A DNA stretch of 64,000 bases. Origin: a virus. Taxonomy: Duplodnaviria > Caudoviricetes. A model generated the notes under the pieces. That model saw only the letters and a program-made list of their open reading frames with translations, was not told the origin of the DNA and ran no database searches. Below, piece by piece: positions 39,594-48,670 of this stretch. The stretch is from positions 1 to 64,000 of IMG/VR virus record IMGVR_UViG_3300037453_000168. One strand, written 5' to 3'. The first letter of the stretch is position 1, and each line of letters begins with the position of its first letter. Position numbers and translations under genes: made by a program.

Positions 39594-40318
39594 AAGGAGT
39601 CGTACTGGCGGCTGGCGACGGCAAGCGTATATCGGGATACCATGATTTCGCATCGAAGGTGCTGATAGAGATAGATGGTCAGCCTTTGATAATGTTGAAT
39701 ATGGAACGTATCTCCCCGTATGTCGATTCTTTCGTGGTCGTGGTAGGTAAAGCGAAGAAGGAGATTGTATCAAAGGTCGGATATGTATATGATGACAAAC
39801 CTGTCTACTATGTGGAACAGGAGGTCAGAGATGGACCTCTCGGTGCTTTGAGATGCGCCTACGACCTCATAAAGAACGATGATTGCATAATCGTGCTTGC
39901 GGACGAATATATCATAGGCGATAGGATTCGCCAGACAGTAGAGATATTCAACAGACGTTATCCCGATGCCATACTCGGAGTCATACCTGATTCCAAAAAG
40001 GAGGATATCGCTCAGACATACTCCATAGAATATCTGTCGGACAATTACGGCAACCCCCACAAAGGGGATTGCGTCAAGAGATTGGTCGAGAAACCCAAGA
40101 CGTTCCCGAACTCGATAAGAGGTACAGGATATTATTTCGTATCCGAATATGTGATTCGCAAGATTCCCCATGTCAAGGCGAGGAAGAACGGCCAGTATGA
40201 GATTACCGACCTGTTCAGCTATGTCCTGAAAGGCGGAGGTACAATCATAACCCGTACAATCGCAGAGAAGGCATACAATATAAATTCGATTGAAGTATTG
40301 AACGAGTTGATAGGTTGA
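39590..40318 (+). CDS. Sugar-1-phosphate nucleotidyltransferase (RmlA-like)
   Basis: VVLAAGDGKRI..SKVLIEIDGQPLI, VEKPK, YEITD. Confidence 0.85.
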   Translation: MKGVVLAAGDGKRISGYHDFASKVLIEIDGQPLIMLNMERISPYVDSFVVVVGKAKKEIVSKVGYVYDDKPVYYVEQEVRDGPLGALRCAYDLIKNDDCIIVLADEYIIGDRIRQTVEIFNRRYPDAILGVIPDSKKEDIAQTYSIEYLSDNYGNPHKGDCVKRLVEKPKTFPNSIRGTGYYFVSEYVIRKIPHVKARKNGQYEITDLFSYVLKGGGTIITRTIAEKAYNINSIEVLNELIG

Positions 40319-40719
40319 GGACGAACAAGCCAGTATTCGAACCGATGAATCCCAAGGGCTGGGATAAGCATTTCATCGTGGCAATAGATTACGACGGTAC
40401 TCTGACCTCTAAACGTGACGGCAGTATAGATAAGGTCGCAATCCAATACGTCAAGAACATCCGTGACCTCGGATGCGTAATCATCCTATGGACGTCGAGA
40501 TATGACGAACTTCTCGACAAGGCTATTGCGGAATGTTCCAAGAGAGGTTTGGAGTTCGATTATGTCAATTCCAATCCTCTACGCCATTCATCGGACAAGG
40601 TATCCGCCGACATATATATAGATGACAAATCCGAGATAGGCCCGATACCTTGGATAAAATGGATTGATTTCATTCAAAAACAGCTTTCACTCAAAGAATA
40701 TATCCTGATGGAGAGGTAA
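40315..40719 (+). CDS. HAD-superfamily phosphatase
   Basis: AIDYDGTL, ILWTSR, KVSADIYIDDK. Confidence 0.85.
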   Translation: MRTNKPVFEPMNPKGWDKHFIVAIDYDGTLTSKRDGSIDKVAIQYVKNIRDLGCVIILWTSRYDELLDKAIAECSKRGLEFDYVNSNPLRHSSDKVSADIYIDDKSEIGPIPWIKWIDFIQKQLSLKEYILMER

Positions 40720-40720
40720 T

Positions 40721-41671
40721 ATGGCCGACAACATTTCTTCGGATAAACTGATGTATCACATGGCTCATGTGGTCGAAGGACTCCCCATAACCTGCAATTG
40801 GTTTCTGAACGATGTATGCAACAACAGATGCACCTATTGTAATTTCGCACGTCACATGAACAGGGATGGCAACAATATATCGTATCTTGATTTTGTGAAG
40901 TATGCGAACAGATTGAAGGAAATCGGTGTGAAGGGAATCATACTCGAGGGCGGAGGGGAACCTACTATATGTCCCGACTTCGAGAAGATGACCCAATATC
41001 TGGATTGTATCTCCATACCGTACATCATTCTGACCAACTTCAATGAATACAGAGAGGTAAAGCCAGAGGTTCTGAGGGTGTCCCTCGATGCTTGGTCGGA
41101 GGACACATACAAGGCGAAGAGAGGGGTCAGCAGATACAATAAGGTCAGGGACAATATAATCCGCTATGCTAAATGGAGGGATGAGCATTCACCCGATACA
41201 GAGATAGGCATCCAACTTGTCACCTGCGATACGTCGGAGATATTGCCGTTCTACGAGGGCAACAAGGATTTACCTGTCGATTACATAACGATAAAGCCGT
41301 ATGAGTCCACCAACTGCACGTTCTACGATGGCAAGGACGATGCAATCGCCGAGCAGAACGCCATAATCAAGGCTCTGTCGGAGAAGGATTCCCGTATAGT
41401 CTATAATTACAAGTGGCGTGACCTCAACCATCGTTTCTCGGAATGCTACGCTCATGCGAATCAAATCGGACTAAGGTGGGACGGTGCGGTCATGTGCTGT
41501 TGCCATCGTCCCTACGATGTGCTGGGGAATATAATGGACGAGGATATCCTTGTGAAGAACCGTCAGACCAGATTCGATATGTCCAAATGCGACGTTCCGT
41601 GCAGACTGACTGGGCCTAACACATTATTGGAGAATCTGAACAGAGGATGCAAGAATCAGAACTTCATCTAA
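40721..41671 (+). CDS. Radical SAM protein with SPASM/Twitch domain
   Basis: CNNRCTYC (CxxxCxxC), GGGEPT, CYA..DGAVMCCC..LGNI. Confidence 0.9.
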   Translation: MADNISSDKLMYHMAHVVEGLPITCNWFLNDVCNNRCTYCNFARHMNRDGNNISYLDFVKYANRLKEIGVKGIILEGGGEPTICPDFEKMTQYLDCISIPYIILTNFNEYREVKPEVLRVSLDAWSEDTYKAKRGVSRYNKVRDNIIRYAKWRDEHSPDTEIGIQLVTCDTSEILPFYEGNKDLPVDYITIKPYESTNCTFYDGKDDAIAEQNAIIKALSEKDSRIVYNYKWRDLNHRFSECYAHANQIGLRWDGAVMCCCHRPYDVLGNIMDEDILVKNRQTRFDMSKCDVPCRLTGPNTLLENLNRGCKNQNFI

Positions 41672-41702
41672 ATATTAAATAATATAAATCAAATGAATCC
41701 GT

Positions 41703-42200
41703 ATGCCTAAATCGTATAAGACCGACGAATTACAGGAGTATCTTCAATCCAAGAAGGGATTGAACGAGATTACCGAGCAGTCCCGTAGCGGTAAGACCCT
41801 CGCAGAGATATCCGAGCATTTCGGGATTGCCCGTACCACACTATACACATGGTCCAAGAAATATCCTGAGATTCAATCGGCATTATCCGAGGGAAAGCAC
41901 GTTGCGGATGACCGTGTGGAGCAATCCCTGTACGAATCCTGTTTCGGACGTACCGAGAAGGAGGTCACGGTGGAGAAGGACAGGGACGGCAATGTGATTA
42001 AATCCATAGTCCGCACCCGTTACATCCCTCCGAACATCACGGCAATCCAATATTGGTTATCTAATCGTCGCAACGACACATGGAAGGCAAGACAGCAGTT
42101 GGAGTTCGCACCCGATACCAAACTGCCTGTGATGTTCGTAGAGGATATACCAAACCCGTTCATCAAGAAAGATGTCGAAGAAAAAGACGCATCCGAATGA
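41703..42200 (+). CDS. terS: Terminase small subunit
   Basis: HTH..TLYTWSKKYPEI..VEQSLY..PPNITAIQYWLSNR; directly upstream of TerL. Confidence 0.85.
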   Translation: MPKSYKTDELQEYLQSKKGLNEITEQSRSGKTLAEISEHFGIARTTLYTWSKKYPEIQSALSEGKHVADDRVEQSLYESCFGRTEKEVTVEKDRDGNVIKSIVRTRYIPPNITAIQYWLSNRRNDTWKARQQLEFAPDTKLPVMFVEDIPNPFIKKDVEEKDASE

Positions 42201-43569
42201 CCTCGAAAGCGAGAACGCATTGGAAGTGCCACAGTTCAGGCAATTCAACATATCAAAGCTGATAGGTCAGGGTTATGACGAGTACTGGTGGTGGCACGGC
42301 AGATATGCGGTATGCAAGGGCAGTCGTGCCAGCAAGAAGTCGTTCACAACAGCGTATTGGATAATACTCAATATGATGAAATACCCCCTTGCGAACACGC
42401 TCGTGGTCCGCAAGGTTTCGGGTACTAACAAGGACTCCACATTCGCTCTGTTGATGCAGATTATATACTCGCTCGGTCTGGATGACGAATGGTACGCTCA
42501 TATATCCCCTTTGGAGATAATATGCCGTAAGACCCATCAGAAGATTCTGTTCAGGGGACTGGACGAACCTCAGAAACTATCGTCCATAACCGTGGAGAGA
42601 GGGGTCCTATGCTGGATGTGGGTGGAGGAGGCATATCAGATTACCAACGAGGCCGATTTCGACATTGTCGACCAGTCGATACGCGGTCAGATGCCAGAGG
42701 GATATTTCCCACACATAATGATTACATTCAATCCTTGGCACAGGGAACATTGGCTCAAAAGAAGGTTCTTCGATACCCCGAACAAGGAGACCCTTGCCAT
42801 GACTACGAACTATCTGATAAACGAGTTCATATCTGATTTCGATAAGAGCTATTTCGAGGATTTGAAAGAACGCAATCCCCGTCTATATCAGGTCGCTGGA
42901 TTGGGGGATTGGGGAGTGTCCGAGGGTCTGATTTATTCCGATTGGGAGGAAAGGGAGTTCGATGTGGGCGAGATTATGAAACGCAACACCGTTCTCGCCC
43001 TGTTCGGGCTGGATTTCGGATTCACAGACCCGACAGCATTCGTCGCTCTGATGCTCGATACCGCAACCCGTACAATATACGTCTATGACGAATGGTATCA
43101 GACAGGAGTGCATAACATAGATATCGCCAACAAATTGAAGGAAATGGGGTATCAGAACGAGCGTATCGTATGCGATTCGGCACAGCCTGAGTCGATATAC
43201 GAATTGCAGACCCTTGGTCTTTCCAGAGTCACAGGTGCGATAAAAGGTCAAGATTCGGTAGAGTGGGGCATCCAGAAATGCCAGCAGTACCATGTCGTGA
43301 TTCTTCCCAAATGCGTCAATTTCCTCACAGAGATTTCGATGTATGCCTATGACCAGGACCGCATGGGTAAATTGATGAACAGGCCCTGTCATGATTTCAG
43401 CCACGGCATGGATGCTTGGAGATATGCCGTATCCGAGATGCTGTATCGTACAGGACAGATAGAAGGGCTGGTTATCGGGCCGAAGGAAGATGCTCAATCA
43501 ACGGTGTATCAAAGGAACAGGGCGGAATCAGAGCATCCAGAGGAATTTGTATCCAAATATGTATTTTAA
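42172..43569 (+). CDS. terL: Terminase large subunit (PBSX-like)
   Basis: KGSRASKKS, WVEEA, TFNP, GLDFGFTDP, HGMDAWRYA. Confidence 0.93.
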   Translation: MSKKKTHPNDLESENALEVPQFRQFNISKLIGQGYDEYWWWHGRYAVCKGSRASKKSFTTAYWIILNMMKYPLANTLVVRKVSGTNKDSTFALLMQIIYSLGLDDEWYAHISPLEIICRKTHQKILFRGLDEPQKLSSITVERGVLCWMWVEEAYQITNEADFDIVDQSIRGQMPEGYFPHIMITFNPWHREHWLKRRFFDTPNKETLAMTTNYLINEFISDFDKSYFEDLKERNPRLYQVAGLGDWGVSEGLIYSDWEEREFDVGEIMKRNTVLALFGLDFGFTDPTAFVALMLDTATRTIYVYDEWYQTGVHNIDIANKLKEMGYQNERIVCDSAQPESIYELQTLGLSRVTGAIKGQDSVEWGIQKCQQYHVVILPKCVNFLTEISMYAYDQDRMGKLMNRPCHDFSHGMDAWRYAVSEMLYRTGQIEGLVIGPKEDAQSTVYQRNRAESEHPEEFVSKYVF

Positions 43570-43608
43570 AGAATATATTTTATATACTTCAATATTTATT
43601 ACATCATT

Positions 43609-43675
43609 GGGATATCCGAACCCGTGTGAAGTACATCCCATTCCATCTCGCTTTTACATGACGGGTATCCCTTTT
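43609..43675 (+). ncRNA. Candidate small structured RNA
   Basis: Own TATA at 43579; GGGATA/TATCCC and ACCCGT/ACGGGT pairings; followed by TTTT; no credible ORF. Confidence 0.4.
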
Positions 43676-43714
43676 ACCAGCCTGATAATTTAAAGAAATC
43701 TTATAAGGGAGTAG

Positions 43715-45490
43715 ATGGATTGTCGAGGTATGCTATCCACCACACATCTGTCGAAATCGAAGAATAAGCCGAAATCGTCAGAGGTCGCATCGCCCAATCT
43801 TCCGAAGAGCGTCATGGGTCTTTCGACCGCTGAATCATTCGATAAGGGTGTGGTGCAAGAGGTGGAAGTGGTCGGAAGACCATCGAACATCATCTGGAGA
43901 TTGAATAACCGTTCGTTCTGGTGGCAATTCTATTCCCTTATGGATTTCTACCGTTCCGAGGTATCAATACTCGACACCATCATCTCTCGTTCCGTGACCG
44001 AGATATTCAGATACGGGATAGATTTCGAGCCTGCGTTCGTAGTCAAATGTGTGGATTGCGGTAACGAATATCAGAACAACGTGAAGGTATGCCCCTACTG
44101 CAACTCCACGAGATTGGTAAAGCCAGAGGAAAAGCAGAAGGATTATTTCGTCAGACCTGACGGCACATCGTTCCTCGAAGAATGCAACGAGAACCAGCAA
44201 TCCCTCAAAGACCTGTGCAGAATGTATGCCGAATCCCAATACCAGAACAATCAGGCATATCTTCTCGTAATAACAGGTGATGTGATTGACAATGAGACCA
44301 AGCAGTTGAAACATTCCTATCCGTTGGAATTCATCTGCATCGACCCTAAATTCGTCCGTTATCTGTATGACGAGCATGCCGAGCCAGGAGAGTTATATGG
44401 GTTCACAATGAACGACAGACGCACTCTGATTACCCTACCTCATGACGGGGATTTGGTCACTACGACACCAGACGGGGAGGTAATCTATCCAGCATACTGG
44501 CAGGTCGGAGACTCCTTCGGTGCTGGCGGACCGTATATATCGTACACGAAGGACGAGATATACCAGAACCATTGGTTCAGGCAGTCCATGACCTACGGGA
44601 TACCCCATTGGCTCTCAATCGAGGACGATTTGCTCACCTATCATTACATCGAGAAACATAACCTGAAGAAATACAAGTACGGATACGTCCGTAAGATTGT
44701 GGTTCTCCCAGGATACGATGTGAATGTAATCAAGGATGTAGCACAGGGGATACAGAACGTTCTGGCGAAGAACGACAACTCCGTTCCGATAGTCGGATTA
44801 CCGCCAGCACCCCCAGGCACGAGTCCACAGCCAGCATCCACCCTCGAAATGGGTGCGGAATCGGGTTCAGACCTCATACAGACCAAGAACGACATCCGTG
44901 ACAGGCTATGCGCCCATGCTGGTGTCCCCAATCTGTTCGCTGGCGACGTGGAGAACGGCGGAGGACTCAACAACGAGTCACAGCAGATTACGACCTTCGA
45001 CCGTTATCTAATGGACAAATATGATTACACGGATGATATGCTGGATTGGATTCTTTCGTGGTTCCCCAAGATTACGGATTGGAAACTGAGAGTCAAAAGA
45101 CCCTCAAAGGCCGACCAAGCCAATAAGCAACTTCAAGAGGAAATCCAGATTGCACAGGGCATGAAGAACCTCGGATTCCAAATCACATACACCAACGGAG
45201 AGTTCACATACTCCGAGAAACCCGTCGATATGGGCATGGGGATGGGCGGAATGGGCGGAGGTATGGACCCTGCGCAGAACACGGATATAGGATTCAGAGG
45301 CATGCTTGGGGCTGGCGGACTCGGTAACGATACCGAGCAGATGGATACGAAAGGAGAGGTCGGAGAATATGAGGACGATGCCTATCAGCAGTACCAAGCA
45401 TCCAAGGATGCAAAGCTAAGGAAGGCTGGTAGTTCCTTTCGCCTATCTCAAGGGGACCTCAGAAGAGCAATATCTCAAATACATCGGTAA
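43715..45490 (+). CDS. Portal protein (with CxxC..CxxC insertion)
   Basis: Position after TerL; size; RDRLCAHAGVPNLFAGD..GLNNE portal-like wing motif. Confidence 0.8.
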   Translation: MDCRGMLSTTHLSKSKNKPKSSEVASPNLPKSVMGLSTAESFDKGVVQEVEVVGRPSNIIWRLNNRSFWWQFYSLMDFYRSEVSILDTIISRSVTEIFRYGIDFEPAFVVKCVDCGNEYQNNVKVCPYCNSTRLVKPEEKQKDYFVRPDGTSFLEECNENQQSLKDLCRMYAESQYQNNQAYLLVITGDVIDNETKQLKHSYPLEFICIDPKFVRYLYDEHAEPGELYGFTMNDRRTLITLPHDGDLVTTTPDGEVIYPAYWQVGDSFGAGGPYISYTKDEIYQNHWFRQSMTYGIPHWLSIEDDLLTYHYIEKHNLKKYKYGYVRKIVVLPGYDVNVIKDVAQGIQNVLAKNDNSVPIVGLPPAPPGTSPQPASTLEMGAESGSDLIQTKNDIRDRLCAHAGVPNLFAGDVENGGGLNNESQQITTFDRYLMDKYDYTDDMLDWILSWFPKITDWKLRVKRPSKADQANKQLQEEIQIAQGMKNLGFQITYTNGEFTYSEKPVDMGMGMGGMGGGMDPAQNTDIGFRGMLGAGGLGNDTEQMDTKGEVGEYEDDAYQQYQASKDAKLRKAGSSFRLSQGDLRRAISQIHR

Positions 45491-46661
45491 GGATGTCTAC
45501 GGATTCCTCCGCAATCACAAGGAGGACATCGCCCAAGTCCTCGCAGTCGGATTCGATGTTGCAGATACGATACTGCCCAACGGCACGCATCCGTTCGTCG
45601 ATATGACCTTCGATGAGGTCAAGGAGATGTACATCGGTATGATTGAGGTATTGCAGAAACCCCAATGGTCGGTGCAGGAGATTAGGGACGTAGTTTACAA
45701 TTCATGCGCCAAGTACCGTGATGCGGAGAGAGGGGATGCCGAGATACGTAACATGGTCAAGCGTATCGCTCAGACCGAGATGAACCGCATACTTTTCTAT
45801 GCGAAGGAGCAGGAGGCCATCGAGTCGGGAGCGACGGATTCATACTTCATCTGGGCTGGCCCGATAGACAGGCGCATGACCCCTATGTGCCGTTTCCTGC
45901 AAACGGGGGAATTGAAAGGGGAGAACAACAGGGGCGAACCTTACGATTACGAGGAACTCCGTAGCGAACTCCCCGAATGGAGGGAGGAAGGATGGACTCT
46001 GCCCGAATTGAAGGTGATTTGCCGTCAGGTGCATGATGTGTTCTATGCTCACGATGTGGTCAAGACCCCGATGCTATCCGATTGGCAGATGCACATAAAC
46101 TGCCGTCACACGTTCGGATACTCGATGAAAGCACCCAAGCTCGATGCACCGATAGAGGTCGATGGATGGATACAGGTGGATAACGCACAGGAATCGCCTG
46201 CAAGCGACGAGAAACCCCCCGAATATGTAGGCATACCTCCATCGTTGCAAACCCCCTCAGAACCGAAGGAATACGCTTGGGATGGACCGTTGCAGATTGA
46301 GTTCGTAGGGGATGCCGTCATGCAAGCCGACGATACCGATGACATAGACATCTTCGAGACGCCTTTGGCTCAATACACGTTCGGGATAGAGCATCCTATG
46401 AGGAACGTACCCCTGTTCATACTTCCCGAATCGACGGAGAACGACGAATCCGCCATCTTCCAATTCTCCACCGTGAACGAGTTCCAGTTGGGCTCATGGC
46501 TCAGATTCGTCATAGAGGAATTGGATGCTGGATTGGATATGCCTGTGATAGTGGATGTGCTGAACAGCGAATCGGGTATGACCTATCAGGAGATAGGATA
46601 CATACAGAGACATTGGGATTGGCTGTTCGACGTCGCCCTCGATATGGGATGGATACTATGA
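45441..46661 (+). CDS. MuF/SPP1 gp7-like head morphogenesis domain; frame open from 45420 but first ATG at 45603 with no SD
   Basis: IWAGPIDRRMTPMC..HINCRH motif; coding-like upstream extension reachable by a +1 shift from portal. Confidence 0.75.
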   Translation, partial: AYLKGTSEEQYLKYIGKDVYGFLRNHKEDIAQVLAVGFDVADTILPNGTHPFVDMTFDEVKEMYIGMIEVLQKPQWSVQEIRDVVYNSCAKYRDAERGDAEIRNMVKRIAQTEMNRILFYAKEQEAIESGATDSYFIWAGPIDRRMTPMCRFLQTGELKGENNRGEPYDYEELRSELPEWREEGWTLPELKVICRQVHDVFYAHDVVKTPMLSDWQMHINCRHTFGYSMKAPKLDAPIEVDGWIQVDNAQESPASDEKPPEYVGIPPSLQTPSEPKEYAWDGPLQIEFVGDAVMQADDTDDIDIFETPLAQYTFGIEHPMRNVPLFILPESTENDESAIFQFSTVNEFQLGSWLRFVIEELDAGLDMPVIVDVLNSESGMTYQEIGYIQRHWDWLFDVALDMGWIL

Positions 46662-47377
46662 CCGTAGCGACCCTCAACATCCAATGGAAGGTCGAAATAA
46701 GCACCAAGGATTTGAGGGACTATATGAAGTCGCAGAAACGTCTACAGCCTTGGTGCTGTGTCATAGGCACGAAACAGGCCGAGTGGATGGAGTTCGGGAC
46801 ATCCCCTGCGACAAGGGCGGATTGCGAGTACCCGAGCATGAGCGACCCCCAGTTCTATGTGATGAAGGGCAGGGGCAAGAACAGGAAACCCACGTTCGAC
46901 CCTGTTCTCTATTATAAGGAAGTGTATCGCCGTTCGGAGTTCTACCGCAACATATACGATTGGGTCAATCTGAAAGGCGCACCCAACGTAAGCCAGAAGG
47001 AGAAATACGAGATTGCTTGGAGGATGTGCCGTATAATCGCAAAGAACGGGTTGAAACCCCGTCCGTTCTTCCGTCCAGCATTCTATTACATGTGCGCACA
47101 TATACAGGAATGGTGGAATGACGGATAGAGCATCGAGCAGATGGTATATTGCATGGAGAAGAAGGTGGACCAGTTCATAAGGGAGAACCCTACCGACGGG
47201 CTTTCGGATTTACAGCGCAACCTCAACTTCTCTGGTGCCATGAGGATGTCGTTGCATTCGTTCGCAATACCCGACGAGGATGTGCCGAGGGCGTTGAATC
47301 CGCCCGTCAATCCGAGGCCGATAGCCAACGACTTATCAGAGGATAGGGCGAGGGCTACGGGAGAGAGATACCGATGA
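46658..47377 (+). CDS. HK97 gp10-like virion morphogenesis protein with in-frame TAG (47126)
   Basis: MEFGT..PRPFFRPA; the ORF-track pieces 46496-47128 and 47141-47377 are in one frame; TGA overlaps ATG47374. Confidence 0.72.
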
Positions 47378-47511
47378 AGGTCGTTCTAAGGCACAGGGTC
47401 AAGGATGATTCCAATGTCATTCTAATCGACGAATCCCTGTATTTCGAACCTCAGATGTTGGAAATCGACAAATCCGATGAAACACACGACGGACAAGAGT
47501 TTACGGAATAA
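47374..47511 (+). CDS. Small hypothetical protein
   Basis: Coupled 45-aa ORF. Confidence 0.55.
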   Translation: MKVVLRHRVKDDSNVILIDESLYFEPQMLEIDKSDETHDGQEFTE

Positions 47512-47580
47512 TATAAATTATATACTTACATGTGTTATTCAATTATGTAAACCTTCGGGTTTGCAGGAGTGAGTGGAATG
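47512..47580 (+). promoter_or_regulatory. Promoter plus leader hairpin cassette, copy 2
   Basis: tgtaaacc-ttcg-ggtttgca (G-U pair), SD ggagtga, ATG47578. Confidence 0.8.
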
Positions 47581-47928
47581 TCGGTAAGCAGATACCTCGA
47601 ATCGGCGATAAAGGACGAATTGAAATATCACATCGGGAAACTCGGTCTTTCAAGGGCGAAGACCATGTATGTGGATGTAGTGGATGCCCTCGGTTGCATA
47701 AGGAACATCCATGTGTTGGTAAAGCACAAGGCATTGTCGGACGGTAGCAACTGCTCGATATTCAGCATCCTGTCGTACCCCGACTGGTACATATCCTCCG
47801 CTGATTTGATAGGCCATGCGATACTCGACGGCAACGGAATCCGCTACGTCGGAGAGGACTACGGGGATTATACCAAGGACAGGATTTCCGCATGGCTTGA
47901 CAAGGCATTGGAGGAATGGAATCAATGA
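47578..47928 (+). CDS. Hypothetical protein
   Basis: Follows the leader cassette. Confidence 0.7.
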   Translation: MSVSRYLESAIKDELKYHIGKLGLSRAKTMYVDVVDALGCIRNIHVLVKHKALSDGSNCSIFSILSYPDWYISSADLIGHAILDGNGIRYVGEDYGDYTKDRISAWLDKALEEWNQ

Positions 47929-48083
47929 GGTACATCGTCAAGGCGAGCAAGCTGAACGAATACGAAACCCTCGTATTCCCGTTCAGATATACCGTGTATG
48001 ACGGGGATTCGTTCAAGAAGGCCAAGCAGGTGTTCCTCGAATATGCTCAGTTCACAGGCGTGTCCTTCGAGTCAAGACTGTGA
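47925..48083 (+). CDS. Small hypothetical protein
   Basis: Coupled 52-aa ORF. Confidence 0.6.
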   Translation: MRYIVKASKLNEYETLVFPFRYTVYDGDSFKKAKQVFLEYAQFTGVSFESRL

Positions 48084-48128
48084 TTTCATATCAGATAAAT
48101 AGCAACGATAGGATACAAGGGCGATAAC

Positions 48129-48431
48129 ATGAGAAGCGCAGATAAGCTATATCTCGACGTCCCCTACAATTCATGCAGAATCATAGGCTCTGTATGCGAG
48201 AGAGGGGACTGTCGCAACTGCTCGATACCTATAGTGATGCCTGAGAGGGCGAGGCAGATAATAGAACAGGATTCATATTACCGAGCGAGGGATTGGAAGG
48301 ATGCTCTGGATGGGAACGGTCGAGCGTCCATTATGTCCTATATGCACCTCGTCGAGGCCGATGTCAAGGGTCTCCTTGCTTTCATCGGACAGAACGAGGG
48401 ACAGGGAGTATTGGATTTGCAAGGACTGTAA
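48129..48431 (+). CDS. Cys-motif hypothetical protein
   Basis: C..C..C..C cluster. Confidence 0.6.
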   Translation: MRSADKLYLDVPYNSCRIIGSVCERGDCRNCSIPIVMPERARQIIEQDSYYRARDWKDALDGNGRASIMSYMHLVEADVKGLLAFIGQNEGQGVLDLQGL

Positions 48432-48493
48432 GCGCAGATTCCCCGTCAGGGAATTAAAGAAACGATATAAATGATTAGAAGGATGGCGATAAC

Positions 48494-48670
48494 ATGATAT
48501 TAAAGCCGGTATGGTATGATTTCCTCATATGGGATACCTCGGACCCCATGTTCCCTGTTGCAAAAGGGTTCAAGAAGGGTACTCCGCCAGAGATAATCAA
48601 GGCCTATAAGAAGGATTTGAAGGACTATCAAAGGCGCAGAGAGGAAGACCCCTATGAAAGACTCATCTGA
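48494..48670 (+). CDS. Small hypothetical protein
   Basis: 58-aa ORF overlapping the start of the 48654 gene. Confidence 0.55.
   Translation: MILKPVWYDFLIWDTSDPMFPVAKGFKKGTPPEIIKAYKKDLKDYQRRREEDPYERLI

Noticed and set aside
43609-43675. Possible tRNA or tRNA-Pyl (CUA) supplying amber suppression
   Set aside because: No cloverleaf, T-loop or CUA anticodon loop; kept only as a generic small-RNA candidate.
45408-45419. ATG CAA AGC TAA as the true MuF start with a nonsense mutation
   Set aside because: No SD upstream and it lies deep in portal coding sequence; less parsimonious than a frameshift or indel, though not excluded.
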